This document shows, one piece after another, positions 12,686 to 25,363 of a DNA stretch of 64,000 bases. Source of the DNA: Adineta vaga (lineage: Eukaryota; Animalia; Rotifera); NCBI GenBank assembly GCA_021613535.1, contig CP075493.1, forward strand, positions 11,098,001 through 11,162,000. The letters are read 5' to 3'. Every line of letters starts with the position of its first letter. Positions within the stretch are counted from its first letter, which is position 1. Made by a program: the position numbers and the translations under genes. The notes under the pieces are model-generated. The model saw only the letters and a program-made list of their open reading frames with translations, was not told the origin of the DNA and searched no databases.

Positions 12686-13279
12686 TTAAGTATTTCTTTT
12701 GTATTCGATTAGTAATAAAAATAAAAACAAAAATAGTTCTATACCAATATGATAGATAGTGAAGTAAATATACTCAAATTGACATTGCTTTATAGTTACA
12801 GGGATAGATGCAGTTTGTATTTGATCTCTAATACTGTTCTTTCTTTTTCCATGTAATTACTAACATTGTCAAAGCACAAGTAATTGTAAATGTTAAAAAG
12901 AATCTATACGCTAATTGTTTTTGGTCAACAAAACGTTCTAAGGAAGGTCAGATAAAAAACAAAAGACGAGAAAAATATAAAGATGCTTTTTACAGAAAAT
13001 TTAACATTTATAACATAAATACTAAGAGATTATTATTGAAGTCAGGATATATTCTTATAGTCACCATCACCCACGTTGTATTGATCTTCTTTTCTTTTAC
13101 CATCTATGAAAACTCGCTGATCTCAGCTTCGATGATTGTAAATGATGATAGTTGTAACATGAAGGGACATCTTCTGATTATCCGCATTATTGGTCATTCT
13201 GATTTTCTTTCTTTTTTTATCAACTGTTATAGATTGCGTCTTTTCATTTCTTTCCAAAAAAATGTACAATAATCTCCAA

Positions 13280-13771
13280 ATGTCGTTCGTAAAATCGATT
13301 GTCTTATTGTTTTTTATATATCCAACATTAATTAGTACTAATGATGAAACAATAATAAAATATCGTAATCGATACTTTCATGATATTCACACATGGCATA
13401 CGATCACTAGTTTAAATGGTACTTGGTATGGTGCATTACATGTTCTGACTGAAAACGAACAAGGCGTTTATTTCGTCGATGGTACTACAAATCATTCTCG
13501 TATTCAAAATCCATTTATTGTTTCCGAAAGTCAATCATTCGATTATGGATTAGTTATTAGTCAACAGGATGATTTTAATATGTTATATTCATTAACATTA
13601 ACTCAACAATTAGTACCAGATCCATCTCGATCGAATAGTCGAATTTGTGTATTTCTTATTGCTGCCGAACGTGCAGCTTGTCCATATATTGTACCTGTTA
13701 GCTTTCACGGACAGACAACGTGTCTTTGGGAAAGTGTTGAAGGTCGAGGAGAAAATTTTTCAATTCAATAA
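13280..13771 (+). CDS. Small secreted protein of unknown function (163 aa), intronless
   Basis: Signal peptide MSFVKSIVLLFFIYPTLIST followed by a beta-strand-rich mature region with 3 Cys near the C-terminus. Confidence 0.65.
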   Translation: MSFVKSIVLLFFIYPTLISTNDETIIKYRNRYFHDIHTWHTITSLNGTWYGALHVLTENEQGVYFVDGTTNHSRIQNPFIVSESQSFDYGLVISQQDDFNMLYSLTLTQQLVPDPSRSNSRICVFLIAAERAACPYIVPVSFHGQTTCLWESVEGRGENFSIQ

Positions 13772-14138
13772 ACTTTTCTTTCTTTCTCAGTTTAAAATTA
13801 ATATAATGTACTACACATTTTCTCGTCTATGTTTGTATATTTTGATACTCTGATGTTAATTCGATTAGATCAATAAAAACTTAAATAATAAAAATAGATT
13901 TCAACACAACAAAATTTAAATGGGAAGGTATGGGTTTAGGTGTACATAACATGTAATGGAACAAATAAAAGTATACTATAGAATAAGATGTTAAGTTTAA
14001 AAGCATTTAAGTGAACATGAATATATCGAGTGTGGTAAACTCCATGAGAAAAAGAATTTTAATCAACAGCAAACCATAGGTAATGTTCATATAAAACGTT
14101 GTAGAACTTCAGTTTGATTGATGATTATTTATTTAAAT

Positions 14139-16799
14139 TTATACTAAAGATAATTCTAAACCATATGTTGGTTTTCGCAACTGAAGGAAAAGGAAGCAGG
14201 ATAACGACTGAACCTTCACGCGCATTTTTCGAGCTACTAACTGCCATAGAAGTATTGCAATGTCTTTCAGACAAATAGACAAATCAGGATGCTGTTTTAC
14301 TAGTGTTTTCTTCCATATCTGATAAGCCTCTCGATACTTGCATAGAGCTTCTTGATAATTGCCTCTCTTATGATGTACTCGGCCAAGTAAATGAATACAT
14401 TTACCTTCGTCACGATGTTGAGTATTGGAAAAAATACGTCCATAGATTTCAACTAAATAAGCATGTTATTATTAAACAAAAGTTCATTTTGACATTTACT
14501 TACTTGCACGATAGAAGCATTTGATAGACTGATCATAATCTTCTAATACCAAACAAACTTCACCTTTATTTTTCCATGTATAAGCTGCATTAATATGATC
14601 ATACTTTAGTGACTGTAAAATAGCGAATGCTTTACTATATTGTTCGCTGGCTTCACTATATTTCTTTAAGCGATAATACACTTTACCAATATTATTATAA
14701 CGAACAGCAAAATATGGACTTTTCTCTTCAGGATAAAAGTATTGATAAATTTCTTGACTTTTAAGATGTTTAGTCAAAGCTTGTTCATAGTCACCCTTTT
14801 TGTATAAATACTTGCCGATATAATTAAGAATAAGACCAATCTGAAGACTTTTACTTGGTAGAACGTGTGTGGCAATATTGAACGCTGACTCAACGAATTC
14901 GAGTGCTTTATCATATTGACCCATGTGATATAGTGGTAGTGACATATTCATATGGGCACTACTTAAAGCTGGATTATCGAATGGCTGTTCTTCCTGAATG
15001 ATATAAAGTGCTTGCTGGAAGTCTTGAAAAGCTAGCTCATCCGCACCTAGCTGATATTGTACAAATCCACGGGCACTCAACATCTCTGCATAGCAAACAT
15101 GATTCGACATACTAACTTGTTTATATTGATCGGACGCCTTGGCAAGAACGTGTAATGCTTCTGCGTATTTACATTGATGACGGTAGGTGCGACCAATATA
15201 GTTATTGATCTGAGCGGAAATGCCAATATCTGGAGGATTTTGACTAGTACAAATACGAAGAGCCATGTTGAAGTGCTCTAAAGCACGGTCATACTCAGTA
15301 TGAAGCGCAAAACAAGCTCGACCAAGACCGAAAAGAACGTTGGCATTGTGTGGTATTCGATTGTTAAGATTTTCGAAATATAGCTTCGATTTAGTGAATT
15401 CTCCCATATCAAAAAACAGATCTCCAAGCAAAATAAGTATATTATCATCATTTATCGACGCGCGTTTTTTTTCAATATATTCTTTTGCTATAGTAGCACC
15501 TTCGTTTGATGCTGTCATACGACATATCCATACTTTGGTGTCGTTATCGAATGTCATTGATTCTATTTTGAACACACTTGCTAAGTCAAACAAAACTTCT
15601 TCTTCGTCTTCAAAGTGGCTCTGTGATTCTATATCTGCCAATACAATATCCGATTGTCTGAGATCCACTAGAATCTCATAAATTACAGCTTCACAATCCA
15701 GGATTGCTAGTGGATGAGTTTCAATACCAGCAAACATCTCGGCCACTTCTCGATTCCAACTTGTAGATAAAAATCCCTTTGCCGAGATCAATTGACCAAT
15801 GTTATCCTTCAAGCGTTGAATTTCTGCATGAGATTGTTTCTTTCCACGGTATACTTCGAAAAAAGTGCGATCGCTTTTTTCTCGCAAGCGTTTGCTCTGC
15901 TCTGCTATGCATGTACATAGATCAGCAATATAGAAACCATAAGTATTAAGTGCGTCAATATCATCCGTTAGAAGAGCTTTGTTAACCAATCGTGAAAGAA
16001 AACAATCCCTGGTATACCACCATATTGCTTCATTATGCGTATAGCACTGATCAAAATTGTCGATAGCCTTCATGTGTGTTTCATTATCTCGATAGTATTC
16101 TCGACATTGTTGTAACATTTCCCGTTTACTAATAAACTCTTCTGAATCATTATTTCTGGGTATCTTCTTTATAACTTCTTTTAATAATTGTCGCCAGACA
16201 AAAGATCCACATTCGCGATCCAGACTATGAATTGATTTTAATTTTCTTCGGTCGTAAAGTGCAAAAACAGCTATATGCTTTTCTATCTCTCGTATTGTTT
16301 TAACAGTATATTGTTTCAAACTATCTTGATTAGTAAAAATGCCTTTTACTTTGGTATTTTTTATATCGCGTATTGATGATTCGTATTTGCTTGCGTTCAT
16401 GCAGAAAATGAGAATGGTATCAACATGTCGAAGCGAGTGTGCTTTTTCAAGCAGAGTTTCTGTTGCACATGTACCAGAGGTAATCAAAAGAACTCGTTCG
16501 TTTTTCGAATTTTCCATCTGAGCAATGCAATCTATTTCGTTAGAGCAAAGATGAACAGTGTAATTGAGACGATGAAGCATTGTTTGTGTTTGCTTTATGG
16601 CATCAGTATATGTACATTCATGTTTATTCACTTGATTATCATACCAGATAATTGTGATGGTTTCTCGATAAATACGCGTGTTAAGTCCACAAGATCCTTT
16701 ATCGTTATTTTTCTCTCTAAATAATGAACGTTTTTTCGAAGATAGCAATTTTTCTATTTCTTCATTGGCACCTAAATTGAGATCATGTTTGTTTGCCAT
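14139..16799 (-). CDS. Receiver-like domain + R-S-E type ADP-ribosyltransferase + TPR array; one intron (about 14453-14503)
   Basis: N-terminal IIWYD...LLITSG...ILIFCMN module; ART motifs WWYTRD, VYRG, FLSTS, FEDEEEVLF; about 42-aa TPR repeats; the spliced last exon IEIYGRIFSNTQHRDEGKCIHLLGRVHHKRGNYQEAL ends at TAA 14139-14141. Confidence 0.88.
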
Positions 16800-17599
16800 C
16801 AATTTGAATGAACGATCAATATTTAGCTAAAAAATAAATATCGAAATTTTTTTATTATCATTCTGAATAACTACTTTGTAGCAAAAATCTATATAAAATC
16901 TATTTTATTTGTTACATTATCATTTTGATTTTTCTTTCTGGTATCTTTTAAAAATACATTAGATAACGAATTATTTTTTGGTACAAATGAGTCTATGATA
17001 ATAGCGCGACAAAAGCCAATTTTTAAAACATGATATGGTAAGGTACCTATGTACAATTGACTTACCCTGTAATGTGAAAGGTAAACAGATGCATCTTTTG
17101 CTGTTTTATAAGACAGGAATATCCAGAAAAAATTTCAGAACTTGTTTCTGCGTTTCACAACGAGAATAAACAACGTGTATTACTATGGATAAAATGGAGA
17201 TTTGACAATTTCTTGATTGAAGAGTGATTGTTTTTATTTACAGAATGACAGGTTGTTTTTATTCTGTTCTTGACGGCAGAAAATAAAGAAAAAAATATAT
17301 TTGTTTTTCGTCCATATAAATCGATTGTGAATATATACATATATGTAACTGTTCTTAGAACGATTCTAGTGTTATATTTCTTCAATATGAGTAATAAATT
17401 AAAGATTTACATTTGTTTAGCAGCACAAAACTGATGTTCTTTTTTTTTCTTCTGTCTCGGATAAGTTTGGACAAATGGACTGTAGCATCTTCGCGCATTA
17501 CTCGTTTTCTATACGATTACAATTTCCAATAAAAACAAGTTGTTCTTTTTTAATTTCAATACCCGACTAAATAACGACACATCCAGCGTGTTGTCACAG

Positions 17600-18973
17600 A
17601 AGCAATAATAAAGAATAAACAATGTCATAACAGAAGGTAGCAAACGATCATTTGTGTTTCCGTATGAAATGACCAAACTGCATCAAGAAAAGCTTCAGTC
17701 ATATTCAGATCGATTAATTTTGCCTGATATTCCATCAAATGACAAGGCTCAACATAACTTGTTCTTGAAAACAAAAGGATTTGATTTTTTACCAACATTT
17801 TTCGCTGTCTTACCAAATGGACAATTGACCGATAGTTATGATCGATATATTGAACTACTTGAAACTATAGATCCAAAAACTTTGGAAAAAAATGTGCACA
17901 ATATTAAGGTAATTTATAACATTCGCCGAGTAATATTGGTCTATTTTGTATACAATCTGGAAATCTATTCAATTCATCATTATTTTTCTTTATTCACATT
18001 TTTACATAGAATCGAAAAAAGAATTCATATCTACTTTTTATGTCATCTTTTCAAGAATATTCAAAAATAATATATAACATTTCTCCCTTTATAGACATTT
18101 GCCCGAACTATCATACAAACAATCGATCAGCTATATTTTGAACATAATATGATGGCTTTTGTCAAACTCGATGCAAGTGGTACTAGTGGTTGGTCAAATC
18201 TGAGTCCCAACCTACATTCTATAATATATGATTGTGAAGAAACTCTCGAAAAACGCATTGAATATTTGTCTGATTATATTGAAAATAAAGTTATTGGCAC
18301 ACGACTACCTACCACGGCTATCGTCGAAGAATACATTCAACCCCAAAAACGTTCTGGTAGTATTGATGCCGATTATACTGTATGCGGTTTTGTTCTCGAT
18401 GGTATGTTTTATCCCACATCGATTAGTCTCTGTCAATCAAGTGATGCAAAATATATTGCAATGGTAGGGATAAATTTTATAGTTGTTGCAAAGAAATCAA
18501 ACAAAATTTTTAATAGAAAAAAAGGACCATAGTATTTAAATTTTTCATTATTATTACATAACTAATTGTTGAGAAAAACACAATATGTACTTCTATATTT
18601 TCTAGTGGAATGCATCTTCACCTGTCGATCTGATTGATAAAGTTGAGGAGTGGAAACAAAAGTTCTTCTTCTCATGTCAGAATTTGAACAGAATGCAAAA
18701 CTGAATAACATCGAATTGTTTCAAGTATACATAAAAATGTGTCAACGCTTAACTCAAGCCTATGGAATGTATGTATTTTCTACCGGTTTCGGTTATTTTG
18801 GTAAAAGTATTGAAGGTGATGATTTTCTCAAGTTTAATATTCTTGTTCATCCAAGATCACTGACAACTATAAGCAATGAAACAAAACAACAAGTTTTACC
18901 TAGAGATAAACATCAAGATAAAGTCATAGAGATCATTCGTAGCGTGGCTACTGAAGTTCTTCAATATAAATAA
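17600..18973 (+). pseudogene. Degraded multi-exon gene with ATP-grasp-like motifs
   Basis: Exons about 17600-17908, 18094-18463 and from 18606; AFVKLDASGTSGW and IVEEYI resemble ATP-grasp signature segments; stops or frameshifts upstream of 17654 and in the last exon. Confidence 0.4.
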
Positions 18974-19380
18974 TAACACTACATGAAAACGTATAAATAG
19001 TAGATAATTCTATAATTACCTAGTATCAAACTATTCAATACTAACATACATGAGGTGCAAGTGGTCCAAAACTCAGATGAAAATCATCCGGTCGAATATT
19101 TTTTTCTAATCTTGTGAAATAAAAATTGATAAAGAATGAAATTCGTTTCCAAAATCTCGAAGTATGTTAAAGATGACATAACGTTTAGATCGATTTTGAA
19201 TGTAATATTTCTATTTGATAAAAAAAATCTAAAAGTACACGTGAGCTTCTCTTGATTATTCATATTTGAAAAGGATTTACCTGTATGATTCAGAATAAGG
19301 GAAGAAAAATATTTTTCCCGTTTTGACTCGTAGTTGTTTTTTCATTGCAATTTACGTACATACATTGTTTTGTAAAAAGC

Positions 19381-20256
19381 ATGTCAGTTGATCAAACTCG
19401 TCTAAAAAATAAATTCTCAGCAACAACATCATGTTTCCTTCTACCATCATTTCGTCGTCCAAGTTACTTAGACATTATTCGAATGAATAATGATACGTCA
19501 ACGATAAATACATCCGATATATTTCGTCAATGGACTTTAGAACATGAATCATCAGTTTATAAAAAAATCAATGATAGTCTTCTATTTGATAATTATGATA
19601 TTTTAAAAGAAAATGCTGTTTATATCAATAGTTTACGTCGTGCTATTACAGAAAATCTTCTTCAAGATTCAATAAAAGTCTATCGAAATATTGAACTTCG
19701 TCCGGATTTTGTTCAAAATGAATACAAAGAAAATCAAACATTTTTATGGCCAACATTCACGAGTACATCACGTAATAAAGATGTTGCATCAACATTTGGA
19801 AATTATACATTTGAAATCGATGCATCCTTAAATGATTATACCTATCGTACAGATATTGGTTCATATTCTCAATATCCATATGAACAAGAAATTTTATTTT
19901 ATCCTTATAGTGGATTTCGTATAAAAAGAATTTATACCGATGCTCGAATAATTCAATTGGAATGCGTTGACACATTAGATATTGAATCATCTTCAAAAAC
20001 ATCAATTCCATCACAAATCAAACTTTATGATAAAGATAGACAGATGTTTGTTTATTTGTCTAAAGATGATGAAAACTTATATTGGTGCACTGTTGAAGAA
20101 CCAGAGAAATTATATATTATTGCAGATAATACCAATGGATATTGGGATTCACCTCATCGATATCATCATGAAAATGGATATTTTCTTTATAGAGGAGATT
20201 CTCTATGGGAAGAATATAAAAATCATCATTATTTTGCGTCATTTCAACAAATATAG
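19381..20256 (+). CDS. Stand-alone R-S-E type ADP-ribosyltransferase with a short C-terminal beta-rich domain; intronless
   Basis: KVYRNI (R), FTSTS (S-T-S), YEQEILFYPYSGFRI (E-x-E); C-terminal extension LYDKDRQMFVYL...LWEEYKNHHYFASF. Confidence 0.88.
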   Translation: MSVDQTRLKNKFSATTSCFLLPSFRRPSYLDIIRMNNDTSTINTSDIFRQWTLEHESSVYKKINDSLLFDNYDILKENAVYINSLRRAITENLLQDSIKVYRNIELRPDFVQNEYKENQTFLWPTFTSTSRNKDVASTFGNYTFEIDASLNDYTYRTDIGSYSQYPYEQEILFYPYSGFRIKRIYTDARIIQLECVDTLDIESSSKTSIPSQIKLYDKDRQMFVYLSKDDENLYWCTVEEPEKLYIIADNTNGYWDSPHRYHHENGYFLYRGDSLWEEYKNHHYFASFQQI

Positions 20257-21141
20257 GATCAAATTGTGTAACATATAAAAGATCGACTTCACTTATATCT
20301 GCTGTTGAGAAATGTTTTATGATTAGTTTTCATTTTGTATTCCTAAACCGTATAAGAAGACGCATAGTTATTATTGTTTGTTGGACAAGCATCGATATTA
20401 ATGAAAGAACAAATTTCGACGAGATATTGGATATATATATTGCTGATCACATAAACAATCGATTTCAAACATATGAATTGGTATTACTGGAAAATAAATT
20501 TGTCAATTACTTATTCAAATTGATGCCAAGTGATTGCTTTTAGAACTAAGTACGTTTGCTGTTCTTTCCAATGTATATAATTAGTTAATAAACTATAAAC
20601 GAAACTATATAATTTGTACCAAAGTTGAAAGCGTCAATGTAAATAGATACTAAATATATAACAGTTTTCAGCGTATTTGATCGATTTTGAATTTTAAAGA
20701 TCCGTTTGAATACCATACTCCTTTTTAATTACGGATAACGTTTTCATCTAATATTTCGTAGTAAGCATGATGCAGGTATGGGTTACTTTAAACTATCTAG
20801 ATGGCTGTTATTTGTGATTCATTGGACTTTATTTACACTCGTGAATACAATTATTTAGATTTTTTTCTTCGTTGGAAGAAAGAAATGCGACTTCCTTTCT
20901 TTACTCTTAAAATGTATGAATTGTAAAGTACGCAGCCATCATGCAAAGCGTGAGTTATTCTTTTTCTTTCTTGGAAAATTCCAAAAGAATTTCTATATAA
21001 TTACCATTACTCACAGCAGTATAGATGCTACATAGATACTACCGTGTGTATACATAGCAACTACGAATTTTAACAAAATAATATTAAAATCGCTATTCTA
21101 AAATATTGACTTTTAATAGTTTGTTTTATTACTATTTTCGT

Positions 21142-23716
21142 ATGGATAAGTACACTGGATACCGCTTCATCATGATCTACGGAGTTGGCTTACTAATCTA
21201 TTACATCATTCAGCGATTTTTCACTGTCAAAAAACAGGTGAGAGTCTATTTTTTCTTATAAAATATTAGTAGATATACCTCGTTTTCTATTTCATTCGAT
21301 ATATTAGAACCATGTAACTATAGTGTGGCTAGATAAAACACATGATGATTCGACTATGATGATGATAAAATATATAAACAAAGATCGTTTAATTACGTTC
21401 ACATCTTCGGACGAATGTATAAATTATATAATATCATTAAAAACTACAAATGAAGCAATTTGTTTGATAACATCAGGTTCATTGGGTGTCACTGTTATTC
21501 CATCAATCCATAATATTGATCAAATTGAATCAATAATTGTTTTCTGCATGGAGAAAACAAAATATGAATTCATGCAAAAACGTTACAATAAAATTCGACA
21601 TGTTTTGAATACTTACAATGAATTAATTATTCAATTACAAATCTATCTGAAATCAATCGATCGAGATGGAACGACAGTTAATATATTTAATATAGAAAAT
21701 CTAAAGAAATTACGTAATTGCAATTCAGTATCTAAAAATTCTCATCTACCTTATACAATATTTAATGATGACAAACAATGTTCAATGCGTGATATATCCA
21801 AATCAGATACTTTCTTTCTATGGCTTAAATTACTTACAAGTGTTCTACAGAAAGTTCATCATACACAAGATACTATGAATGAAATGCTGGATAAATGTCG
21901 AGAGTATCATAAAGATAATATTGAAGAATTGAATAAAATAGACGAATTCAAAAGAACCTATAGAAAAGAAGACGCCATCTATTGGTATACAACACCAACA
22001 TTTGTTTCAAAGTTAATTAATAAAGCATTATGTACAGAAGATTTTCGTGCACTCTATATTTGTCGAGCGTACATTGCAGATCTATCGGAGCAATTGCATT
22101 TAGAATACGAACAATACAAACAATTATTGATTGATTTTGAACAACCATTAAATCAATGGACAGTTTACCATGGTCGAGCAATGTCCAAAGATGAATTAGA
22201 CATATTGTGTAATAAAAAAGGTCAATTGATTTCATTAAATGGATTTTTATCAACAAGTCGAAAAGAAGAAGTTGCTGATTGTTATTCAAAAGAAGTTATG
22301 TTTATTATTCAAACAACGTTTGATTTAACTCATGGATGTTTTGCTCATGTAGCACCTATGAGCCAATTTCCATCTGAAGACGAAGTTTTATTTGATTTGG
22401 CATCAGTTTTCAAAATTCTTGATATAAAATATGATCGAACTACTAACAAATGGAATGTTTATCTTATAACAACGGATGAAGGAACAAGTGTCGTACAAGC
22501 ATACATTGATTCGGCTGAGATTGAAGCTAATGAAACAAATGTTGATTTTATATTTGCACGATTATTAATACAAATGGGTGAATACAGCCTTGCACATGAT
22601 TATTTAGATAAACTTTTTGCGATGTTATCGAGCGAACACGATAATCGTGATATAGCGCTTGTATACTACTATAGAGGCTTGATTTTCTATCGCGAAGGAA
22701 ATTATGCTCAGTCTATGATCGAATATGAAAGAGCACTTACCATTCAACGAAAAATATTTCCGGAAGGACATTCTGATTTGGGTGAAAGTTTAGGTGGAAT
22801 CGGCTTACTATATGATAATATGGGACAATATAATCTAGCTTTAGAAAAACATCTTGAAGGTTTAGCAGTAAGTGAAAAAACACTTCCCAAAGATCATGTA
22901 CATATTGCTGAAGCATTAAATAACATTGGTTTGTGTTACGATCGTATGGGCAAATTCGAATTAGCATTAGAATATGATATTCGCGCATTAGAAATGAAAC
23001 GACGCCTTTTCTCACATGATCATCCAGATATAGCCACAAGTTTGAATAACATAGGCTTAGCATATTATAATCATTATGATTTTGAAAAAGCGCTTGACTA
23101 TCATCAACAATCATTGGCAATGAAGGAGCAATGTTTGCCATCTGATCATTCGGAATTAGCTGTATCTTATTGTAATCTTGGTCTTGTTCATCTAGCTCTA
23201 AGTCATTTCGATGAAGCACTTATGTACTATATGCGCGATTTAACAATAAGTGAAAAAACATTGCCTGATAATCATGCTGAAATTGGTATTACACATCATA
23301 ATTTAGGTCAAGTATATCGAGCAAAAGATAGAGGCAGTGATTTAGCAGTAAAACATTATCAGACAGCTATAGATATCTATATGAAAACTTTACCACGACA
23401 ACATCCATACATCGGATTTTCATTAATGTATATAGCGGAAGTGTTATCCGAACAAAATAATCTAGAAGCTGCATTTCGGTATGCAACTGAAGCGGTAAGC
23501 ATTGTTGAAGCAACACTTTCTGATGATCATCGTCGACGAGCAGAAGCAACATATATTTTAGCTATTATCTATAAGAAAATGCATCAAATCGATAAATCAT
23601 TAGAATACGCATATAAAGCGCGAGATATTCAACTAAGAACATTGGATGGCAGTCACAAAGAAGTACAAAAAACATTAGAATTAATTCAAAGTATTGAACA
23701 GACAGATCATAATTAG
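21142..23716 (+). CDS. Membrane-anchored receiver-like + ART-like + TPR protein; exons 21142-21237 and 21308-23716
   Basis: Exon 1 encodes MDKYTGYRFIMIYGVGLLIYYIIQRFFTVKKQ (one TM helix) and splices in phase 0 to NHVTIVWLD; ART motifs VYHG (R to H), FLSTS, SEDEVLF; 42-aa TPRs LPxDHxxIAxxLNNIG. Confidence 0.88.
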
Positions 23717-24313
23717 ACATTTTCCTTCATAAATAAACTCGAACTAATAAATAAATACTAACAAAAATTCGTAAATGTATAAGTATGAATATGTGATTGT
23801 GATTATCATATGAAAAGGTCTGAATTATTTACGAAACAGAATGTTTTAATAATCGATGAATTTCCATCCATGCTTTGAATTGTAAAAAAAAAGATCTGAA
23901 TATATCCTCAAAAATCTCGAAATTAATTTTTAAAGATCTAATAACAGACTGAATGTGATTGATGATAAGTTTTTGATTAAAACTATCGAAGGTGTATCAC
24001 CTATAATTTGACAAAAAAATCAAAAAGCATAATGAAACCGAAGGTTAAGAAGTCACATCTCTTGTACATATTGCGTATAGTTATACCACTTATACGAAAT
24101 AAAGAAAAAGAAAGATCAATATATCTGAGTCACACCATCGCGGATATATAAACACTTAGCATAAGAAAGTAAGTTAAGTTAACATGTATGTATTAACTGC
24201 ATTTACATATGCAAATAATATACTTCGTATTCTTCTTTTCTCCAGGCAGAAATTTGATCGCCTTCAGTCAAGTAGTTTGTTTTTCAAAAAAACAACGAAA
24301 ATATCGAAATAAT

Positions 24314-25363
24314 ATGAATGTTGAGCAGTCGAATAGAAGCGATATCGTCAATACAGTTGACTTTGTTTGAATTTATATCTTTTTACGTTCTATCTATCTT
24401 ATCGTGTTTGGAGTTGGTTTAATTGGAAATACATTTAACTTGATTGTTTTTTCTCGTAAAAAATTTCGTTCAAATTCATGTTCGATTTATTTTATGGCAT
24501 ACTCTTTCAATAACTATTTGGTACTCATTATTGGTCTGTTTGTTCGATCACTTACGGATGGATTTCTTCTACCATTAGAAAATCATATACTTATGTGGTG
24601 TAAGATTCGTCGATATTTGACTCATGTTAATTATCTTCTTTCGTCATTTTTACTTACGATGGCCTGTATGAATCGATATGCTCGTGTTCGTCGAGCTGAA
24701 CTCAATAGGAATAATCAGTTTTATGTACTTCTATGTGAACGTCGAACAACATGTCAAATAATTCTTTTACTGATTATTTCGTGTCTTCTAATTAATTTAC
24801 ATATTCCATTTCTATTCGAAATTAATCAAGGTAAATGCTATACACGATCTGGTCTGTATCGTTATGTTTTTGCGATATTCTTTTTGATTTTCTATGGTCT
24901 CTGTCCAATTCTAATTATGATTATTATTAATGTGAATACTGTTATTTCTATACGGCATATTCGACGTCTTGTACATCCGATGATTTCTCGTGGAGAATTC
25001 TATTTTATAGGTCTTGTTATTATTCATTGTATCTTCAATGCTATTCTCACACTTCCTTACGTTATCAACAAATTTATCGAGGATTATGCATTTCCGTCTA
25101 CTGTACCAATAGGAACACGGAAATTAATAGGTACTATTGTTCATCTGGCCTTTTTCATGAATCATAGTATTTCATTTTTTCTCTACACACTTACAACAAC
25201 GGCCTTTCGTCATGAACTTATTTGTGCTTTGAAAGATTTTAGGAGTAGTATCTGCAGAGTTCGACAACAATCAAATGTAGATAGAACTAAACGACGTGAC
25301 ACATTGATTTCCATTCTTTCTTTCTCATTCTCTTCAGTTATTCGAATAAATGACAATAATTAG
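24314..25363 (+). CDS. Orphan class A GPCR with in-frame TGA at codon 19 (24368-24370); possible pseudogene
   Basis: MNVEQSNRSDIVNTVDFV*IYIFLRSIYLIVFGVGLIGNTFN...; CKIRRY, MNRY, FFLYTL...FR; remainder open. Confidence 0.75.

Noticed and set aside
15340-16724. Antisense and alternate-frame ORFs over real genes (also 5289, 9094, 22737, 25675, 56211, 61999)
   Set aside because: Shadow ORFs of genuine coding sequence, with no motifs of their own
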